A stretch of DNA of 64,000 bases from Podospora anserina. Its lineage: Eukaryota. Below are positions 62,901 through 64,000 of this stretch, piece by piece. Position numbers and translations under genes: made by a program. A model generated the notes under the pieces. It saw only the letters and a program-made list of their open reading frames with translations. It was not told the DNA's origin and ran no database searches. The stretch covers positions 1,364,001 through 1,428,000 of the forward strand of contig CM030333.1 of assembly GCA_017654855.1 (NCBI GenBank), in the 5' to 3' direction. How positions within the stretch are numbered: position 1 is the first letter of the stretch; each line of letters starts with the position of its first letter.

Positions 62901-64000
62901 CTTTTTTCCCAACTTTTTTCTGTAGTCGCCTAGCATCGGAGCTGGCGGAGCTTGGTGACGTCGAGAAGTCTTTGACGTTGCTGGCGTGCTTACCTTAGCT
63001 CCGGCTTGTTCTTAGCTTCCCCATCAAAAAGATACATATCCTCAATAACTTCATCATACTATATACCTTTTACCTAGCTGTACCTCAAGGGAAAAGAGGC
63101 TGTCTAAGGGAATGCTTAGGTGGGAGCGCAATGAAACAACACAGCGGCACATTGGCCATTGCTTGCCCCTCCAAAGCTGCCCCGCGTTTCTCCAGCTTGG
63201 GTGGCTCCAAGAAAGATGATCAATCACGACCAAGATATCACAAAGCCATGCTGCTCACTCAGCGAACCAGAATCTCCGCTCCGCGGTAATGTTATCTTTG
63301 CCTTGGATATTTGGAATTCCTGATTCTCCGGCCGAACAGCTGGCTTTCTATGAACGGCCCTATCTCCGTCAGAAGGAAAGACCCCTGAAGAACGAAATCG
63401 GAGGTTCGCCCGATCTGAATGTCAGTTCACTTCGAGGATGGAAAACAAATGCAGGCACCTCTTCGTGGGGACGGCGGGGTCATCTTTTGCTTGCTGTGCC
63501 CATGAGCTGGTGGAGGCGAGCGTTATTGGCCACAACTTTGCCTCTGGTTGGGCCATGATGAGACGACTTATTCATAGCACAAAGCACCAGACACATAGTG
63601 CTTGCCACGCCATCCTGCTGCTGCTACATGCCGAGAGTCTTTTGGCGTTACGTGATGCCCGGCAGAATACATCCGTTTGATGGGGGTGGACTTACTCAGG
63701 GTGTCAGGGTCTGGTGAGGTGTAAATCCCGATAAGGGTTAGGGTCCAAGCGTAGATAACTTGGAGCTAAAAACTTCAATGGTGGGGGGAGGGGTACGTTC
63801 TTACACGTTTCTGTCTGTCTGTCTCAACACCAAATCTCATCCCGCGAACCGTCCAATTCAGGCTAAAATCTGATAGAGGCATTAAACCCGCCTAGACCCT
63901 GCGTCCCCACACCCCAGCTACCACCGGGCTGAGTGTTAGAGCAAGGCTGAGAAAGTCTCTTACAACAACATCTCCCAAAATAGAAATTACACAACATTCA

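Overview
Eukaryotic, intron-containing DNA from a filamentous ascomycete. Gene content, short GT-AG introns with CTAAC/CTGAC branch sites and G-rich gene 3' ends fit Sordariales, plausibly Podospora or a relative (inference). The backbone is housekeeping genes: TFIIE-alpha (3' part), SMC1, GPC1, CDH1/fizzy-related, RFC4, ARG7/argJ, derlin, LOC1, HIS3, a small membrane protein missing from the ORF track, NTA1, CBF5, an intron-containing tRNA-Phe, a coiled-coil protein and transketolase. Interspersed are four single-pass membrane proteins (two are clear paralogs with a 12-Cys ectodomain), a secreted two-domain protein, a GH43 hydrolase, a decayed LOV photoreceptor gene and about 2.8 kb of frameshifted relic coding sequence. 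The strongest leads are: (i) a five-copy TP(I/M)D-x3-P(N/D)W(Y/H)WKH(E/D) motif in the tail of the N-terminal amidase, with clear signs of purifying selection; (ii) a 192-bp MITE with 35-bp CAC...GTG terminal inverted repeats and a 5-bp target duplication, plus two degenerate relatives; (iii) the paralogous Cys-rich receptor-like pair; (iv) the doubly frameshifted LOV gene; (v) a long derlin intron with a candidate in-frame micro-exon. All exon boundaries were read by eye and no database searches were run.
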